Shown: positions 54,776 to 64,000 of the stretch, piece by piece
Layout of the letters: every line of letters starts with the position of its first letter
Position numbering within the stretch: position 1 is the stretch's first letter
DNA from: the human T2T-CHM13v2.0 reference genome, Homo sapiens
NCBI RefSeq assembly: GCF_009914755.1
Contig: NC_060931.1
Strand: one strand, 5' to 3'
Length of the DNA: 64,000 nucleotides
Program-made: the position numbers and the translations under genes
The notes under the pieces: model-generated
Databases searched by the model: none
What the model was told of the DNA's origin: nothing
What the model saw: the letters and a program-made list of their open reading frames with translations, nothing else

Positions 54776-55869
54776 CCAGCCTTATTAATGATTCATATTA
54801 AGAAAACAAAATGTCATGTCGTTAAGCTACCTGGTCCTGCAAGCCATGGAAGGTGGCTCTTGGGAATACTACAGATACTTTTTTTTTGGCCATCATGCTG
54901 TGATAGAGGAGATCACTTTGTAATTACTGACTGTATACTCACTCTTAACTTTTATATTGTGTGATATATTTGACCTTAAATGTTTATAAAAGTAAAAAAA
55001 AAAAAATCAAACCTGGAAACAACTGCAATCCTAAGTCTTATACTATGAAACTACATCCCAAACTTAGTACAATATAGACTAAATTAAGGGAAGAGTTCAA
55101 GAGAAACATATTTCTCTACATTTTGAGAACCCTATGGAATTCTGTAAAAATTGCAGCAACTGAAGCATGGGCTCATTACCTCTCTCCTGAAATGACAAAA
55201 TCAAGGGATGTGGAAGCATTTCTGGTTTCAAAGGACTCCACAAAATCACAGGGGGTGGGGGTTAATGAAAAAACATACCATGATTATAAGAAATTGAATT
55301 TTTTGCATGGATGTGGGTTGAAAGTAAAGAGGGCTTCTGGGGGACATTAGTATGTGTGGTTATTAAGGGAGTGACCTTGTATTGCCAAAGTTTTGTCAGG
55401 AAAGCAAAATCTGCTTCTATGATCTCCTGTGACATTGTCTTAATCAATCAGGATTGTTAGGTCCCTCAGCCTGCTGCTGAAGACAGTTTCTAAGTGTCCC
55501 AAATAAGGTTGGAAATAGAATGAACATTAGAAAATCCAGCCCCGCCTCTCTTTCATCTGTCTTCTCAGATTCTAGAGGAGTCTGAATGGGGCATGTACAT
55601 GTGTTTCTGTGTTTTTGTGAAGTAGTAGTTGAAGAGGAGCATTCTACTATTGCCATCTTTCTTATCGAGGCACATTCTTTACTCTCCAAATCCTCTCTCC
55701 ATCCTAGGGTTTAAGATTTGCCACATAAATGGCAAGAATATTCTGGACATTTTGGATTTATCTTCCCATCATATCCACTTCCTCAGGCTTTATACTCAGT
55801 GCATAATGAAAAAGAGAAGAAAAAGGGAAAATATAGAATGAAGAAAATATGTATTAACATCTCAAAATA

Positions 55870-56610
55870 TTAAATACTTATGATTAAGTTTAAAGGCCTA
55901 CCAACAACCCTAAAAATAAATGTGAAGTTCATAGATGAGGAAAACTCTAGTATATAAATTACAGCATGAGTAAGTATTAAATGTGCTTGTCCTTAGATAG
56001 GAAGACATTAGACAAATGTCAACTCTCCTAAATTAATCTATACATTTTGTGTTTTGAGGACTGAGGTGAGAACTTGACCGAATTTTATTATAGTCATAGG
56101 AAATATTAAGCAACCAAGAGAAATGTAAAAAGAAAAAAAAAATTAAATGAGGAGCTCACTATCCTTTTGAGGTTTTAAAAACTCTATGATCACTGTTAAA
56201 AAGCAGTAGTAATAGATCTAAAACCATATGGGAATTTAATACCTGGCCAAAGTGACATGTTAACTAATTAGAGAGCACAAACTGTCTCGTTATCCTTCTC
56301 AGAAAAACTTCATAAAGATTTCAGGAAAAATGATGTTGGATTTATCATTTCTTTCTTATGCAAAGCAGAATAAGATCAAACGTTTGATGTAAAAAATTGT
56401 ACCATAAATATACCAGAGAGAAACAGAAGTTTTGAAAAAAAGATTAAGAAGATTGTTTCTAAGTCAAAAATGAAGCGCAGGAGTCATGCAATCAAATTAT
56501 CTTTTATTCTGGATGCATACAAATTAGAAATATTTAAACAGTAAACAATATTATAAACAGCAAAACAAAGCTTATAAAGAACAAACAAAATAAGAAACAA
56601 ATGGTTGCCA
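55870..56610 (+). mobile_element. Old L1M ORF2 remnant
   Basis: gataggaagacatt...aaatgtcaactctcctaaattaatctatacatt. Confidence 0.6.
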
Positions 56611-56612
56611 AC

Positions 56613-59141
<2,529 letters not shown>

Positions 59142-59149
59142 ACAACTAT

Positions 59150-59721
59150 TGTAATGCCCAACCTTGTTTTTACTAACCCTGTTTTTAGACTGTCCCTTTT
59201 CCTTTAATCATCTAGCCTTGTTTCCACCTGCATTGACTCTCCCTTAACTAAGAGAGCCAGACAGACTCCATCTTGGCTCCTTCACTGGCAGCCCCTTCCT
59301 CAAGGACTTAACTTGTGCAAACTGACTCCCAGCACACCCAAGAATGCAATTAACTGATAAGATACTGTGGCAAGCTATATCCGCAGTCCCCAAGAATTCG
59401 TCTGATTGATAACACCCAAAGCCCCGCGTCTATCACCTTGTAATAGTCTTAAAGCCCCTGCACCTGGAACTGTTTACTTTCCTGTAACCATTTATCCTTT
59501 TAACTTTTTGACTACTTAACTTCTGTAAAATTGTTTTAACTAGACCGCCACCCCCCCACCCCACCCGCTCCCCTTCCTAAACCAAGGTATAAAAGTTAAT
59601 CAAGCCCCTTCCTCGGGGCTGAGAGAATTTTGAGCGTTAGCCGTCTCTCGGTCGCCGGCTAATAAAGGACTCTTAATTCATCTCAAAGTGTGGCGTTTTT
59701 CTAACTCGCTCAGTTACAACA
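59150..59721 (+). mobile_element. LTR10 (LTR10C-like) solo LTR
   Basis: tgtaatgcccaaccttgtttttactaacc...tataaaa...aataaa...acaaca; TSD ctat. Confidence 0.85.
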
Positions 59722-60933
59722 CTATCAACTTCCTAAACTTAATTTATAAAATTAGGAATAAATAAACACAAGTATTTACAAATTAGGCTGGGGATTTGGT
59801 TGTGTTTAATTTAGCTTCTTTGTTTTCTTGACGTGTTTAACAACAATCAACAGTTATTGAGGTAAATATTACTTTTTGTTATCACATCTCACAGCATATG
59901 GAAAAGATCTTTAATGTTTCCATTGTTTCCTGATTGGGTTCAACTTCAATTATAGTTTAAGTAAGTTAAAGTGCAATACTTATATGATCCAATTCTAGAA
60001 AGTATGATAAAATGAAATAATATGCTCTTAAGAACTATATTGAAACCATCTATATTCTGAAAACAATATTTTATCATTATTAATACATAAAAGTTCAATA
60101 GAGAAAATGCAGCATCAATTAAGTAAGAAGTTAAATCAAAAGGTGTCAATCAGAATTAATTTAAATGGATACAATATATCAGATATCTGGCTAAGTATGT
60201 GGATATTCAGGATTTAGCTGCTGGAAACCTCAGTCAAATCTGCACATCACTCTGCATCCTTGAGCTATCACATCTCACCCCTCCTACTCCTCAGGGAACC
60301 TGAAGATTCAGGAGCCGACCTGATACTCTCTGGCCACCACACTGGGCTACACGTGGAACAGTAGGTGCAAAGAGGTCACTTGGGAAAAGTTGGATTTCAA
60401 ACTCTAATTCAGACAATTTTTGCATGTTGTGACCATCTTGTTTTCTTAGATCATTGCACTCTCTTGGTCATAACAACAGCTAACAAGCTTTCTTGAGCTA
60501 TTTTCTCATGAGAGATGATCCACCTTTGATTAAATGAAACTGTCCAATTGTTTCTCCAAGCCTTCAGACATCTTCCCATAGGAGTCAGGGTTTTGATGTA
60601 AAAGGATGATGCTTTCATATAATTTGGGAAGTTTCTCCTCTATTTCTAAGTGATACATTTCCTCCTCCATTGATTTTCTGCAAAGTTTGATTTCACATTC
60701 TTGATTTAGTTCAAGCAGTGTCTGGAGTTTCAAAGGAAGCTTTTGAATCTCAATTTTAAATAGTGCATTTCTCACTGCACTGCTCTAATTGGGAATTCTT
60801 AAAATACTGCTTGTTTTTCTCTTTTAAGTTTTTTTTTAAAGAAAATATTTAAATTAACAGCATTAACGAGCTTCTTCAAATTGATATTTGACTGATAATC
60901 TTGGTTTCCATTTTCTGAAACCCTTTTTGTCTA

Positions 60934-61018
60934 ATGTCAATTTGTCATCATCTGTGTAATCTTCTCTAAAAGGAGATGTCAATTTGTCATCATCTGTGTA
61001 ATCTTCTCTAAAAGGAGA
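60934..61018. repeat. Perfect 42-bp tandem duplication in the CTAGE pseudogene
   Basis: atgtcaatttgtcatcatctgtgtaatcttctctaaaaggag at 60934 and 60976. Confidence 0.98.
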
Positions 61019-61510
61019 AGATAAGTTTATCATCTTCAGCGCAGAGTCCATTAGAGATTTTTACTGATTCTCTTTACAATTGGCCTCTTTTTCCCTTTGT
61101 GTTTTGATGTTTTCTAACACATTTTCTGTCCCTTTAGGTCCCACATTCTTTTCTTCCAGCAGCTTCTCGGACAAAGAGCTTCTTGAAGCTGAACATTTTT
61201 TATCAAAACCATTAATAACTTTTCTCTGATATTGTCCTATAGTCTTCTGAAATGACATTAATATATTTTGGCCTCAGTTCCTTGGCACTGTTGGGATTGT
61301 GATGCCTCTTTCGAATGACTGTGTCTATCTTTCACTCCGACGAGCCATTATCACTCCGGGAAATAAAATTTTGTGGAATTGGCTCTTCTGTTCTTGGTCA
61401 TGAGGCTCTTCTGTATCCCCCAGTGAAAAGATGGACCTGTCTGTACCATTAGTAGGTATTGCCAAACACAGAGTTTGTAACATCAGAGGACTGACCACCA
61501 CTGCAAGTGA

Positions 61511-61843
<333 letters not shown>

Positions 61844-62329
61844 AACTCAAAAGCTTTATTAATGAGTCTAATATTCCCGCTGTCTTTACATTTCTCTCTT
61901 TAACTCAGTCAGCAAGTCTCTGTGCTACCTCCTTTCCCTTCATAGTCATGTTGGCTCTTCACAATAAAAACAAAGCAGCACACACCAAAATTTTCAAGGG
62001 AATCCCAAACAGACTTAGCCTTGTGTCCGTAATTCAAATGACACCACCAGCACACCATGCAGTGGCCATACGAGTAGCTGGAAAGAGCTTTTGTGGTCAT
62101 TGGTAGACCTTCCATAGATCCAGTGGCCACTGCAGCTCTTCCTCTGGTGGAAACCTGCGGACTACAACTTCCTGCCCAGACTCTAGGAGCGTCCAACCGT
62201 GAAACAAAACAAGTATCTGGTAACCAGAACAGACCATCAGTAGAGCTGTGTGGGGAGGAATGCTGGCAAGTGTATAAACTTTTAACTTTACTCTGGTCAC
62301 CACACAAGCAGAATGTACTACTTGCTCAA

Positions 62330-62690
62330 AACATTGAATCAATGATTAACAGCCTTTTAAAACAGAGATCACCAGGCCCAGACGGGGTTGCTGGTGAATT
62401 CTAGCAAGCATTTAGGGAAGAAATGGTGTAAATTTTCTACAATTTTTACAGAAAATAGAAGCAGAGGAAACATTTTGTAATCCACTCTATAAGGTAAGTA
62501 TTTCTCTAATACTCAAACTAGGTGAAGAACAAAAAACTACATAGTAATGTCTGTCTTAACATAGACATGAAAATCCTCAAAAAAATATTAGCAAATCACA
62601 TTCAACAATACATAAGAATAATTATACAGCATGGTCAAGTGGGATTTATTCCAGGTGTTCAAGTTTGTTTCAACATTTGAAAATATTTAT
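62330..62690 (+). mobile_element. L1 ORF2 fragment
   Basis: caccaggcccagacggggttgctggtgaattct...aaaatcctcaaaaaaatattagcaaat...gggatttattccagg. Confidence 0.85.
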
Positions 62691-63318
62691 GTATTTTGAG
62701 ACTATTTTGCTCTGGGCATACATATCTAAAATGGCTACAAATTCTATTTTATTATTATGTAGTATTCTTTTTATGATCCACAAATGCCTTGAGGGGAAAA
62801 TATGATGTAGCTTAAAATAATGAGAATATGATTTTTTTCCCTGTGTGCATTAGAAATGTATCTGATTCACGTTAAATGAATTACTCAATTTCATTCATTA
62901 TTACACTAGAAGCTTTTATTGTGCATGTTTATTTATATATTTCAAGTTTTCAAGTCATTTTATAATTAATATTTTATCTTTACATTTCAGAAAACTCCAT
63001 ATGCTTTCCTCTATGAGGGATTAGCTAATATGTAAGACCAATTTTCTTGTCAAGAACAAGTAGCAAAGCTGAAAAAAGAGAAACAAAACTGTATGTTTGA
63101 AGGCATAAGAGAGTGACCAGGACTAGAGCACTAGAGAAGCCAACATTCTGGTAGATGAAAGAGTCAACTGATAAAAAGGACCCTCTCCTTCTCCGTCTTA
63201 CACTATAATTTTTGAATTTTTAACAGCATTAATAAAATTACTTATTAGTGTTTTCTATATTTAATAATTCCAAACTATTTCAATATTATACACTTTATAT
63301 TTCTAGAAATAGTTCTCA

Positions 63319-63617
<299 letters not shown>

Positions 63618-64000
63618 AATAGTTCTCAAAATTTTTATACTTGTGTCCTTAAATGTAAGTGTTGACAGAAGTATTTACAAAGCTAAAATCTGACTGTGGC
63701 AAACACATTGCAAATATACCTCCAAGTAATAGAAATTTAAATTTGACTGAGTGGGTGTATAATCTTTTTACATACTGGCCTCATGTGAAAAATATCTGGT
63801 CAGAGATAAAGTTTCTTCGTCAGATAAATTAGAAATTTGGGCCAAGAAATCGTGTCTAAATCCTCACTGAATACAAGCTTGTACCTTTCCTCATTGGCTT
63901 CATGTAGAACTGTTCTACCGTGTAGAGAAGACAGGACTAACCGGCTGTCAAAGAGGGATGAAAACTCATTCTTGTTGATACCAAGTATCCGTTGTGAATG

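Noticed and set aside
55262-55800. Overlapping minus-strand ORFs ending at a donor-like ATG|gtatgt
   Set aside because: No family match; part resembles an old L1 5' region (aagatggc...cacagaaac). Cannot be assigned to the pseudogene.
59150-59721. p53 response element in LTR10
   Set aside because: Only imperfect single half-sites are visible; no paired RRRCWWGYYY.
59873-60056. Apparent minus-strand exon (ttttcag|NIDGFNIVLKS...) of the NACHT-TPR fossil
   Set aside because: 60056-59950 matches the recalled CTAGE5 3'UTR (aaagatgatttaaatatgaatcttatgagtaaattatttcaattttat) much better. Only the residual 59950-59873 part might be host exon, and the evidence is too weak.

Overview
AT-rich primate (human-like) genomic DNA with no intact protein-coding gene, rRNA, tRNA or CRISPR. 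Much of the window is interspersed repeats: Alus of the J, S and Y ages, L1, L2, MIR, MER2/MER5/MER30 DNA elements, MaLR (MST, MLT1), ERVL (MLT2A, LTR16/33-like, an ERVL gag/pol remnant, MER54-like) and ERV1 LTRs (MER4A, MER50, LTR10). The short ORFs in the ORF track are mostly repeat-derived or chance. Two minus-strand gene fossils stand out. (1) A strongly diverged processed pseudogene of MIA2/CTAGE5 at about 59.95-62.3 kb, interrupted by an AluY-type element and lacking most of the proline-rich C-terminus. (2) The main finding: a heavily decayed multi-exon (unprocessed) pseudogene running from beyond the right edge down to about 38.4 kb. Its splice-bounded remnants read, in the expected order, as a TTC41/NPHP3-type NACHT-like NTPase plus TPR protein: degenerate Walker A, 'DIM', Walker B 'CILVDG', 'HLIFY..LS..YLL', and TPRs such as 'KFQRCLTM..LG'. 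An old L1MB-type element sits inside the NTPase exon, suggesting a very early mammalian gene loss. Also seen: a 49-bp templated insertion, several tandem or fold-back duplications, and two repeat-poor enhancer-like motif clusters. All family assignments come from recalled consensus and protein sequences, not from database searches. Boundaries of old repeats are approximate.
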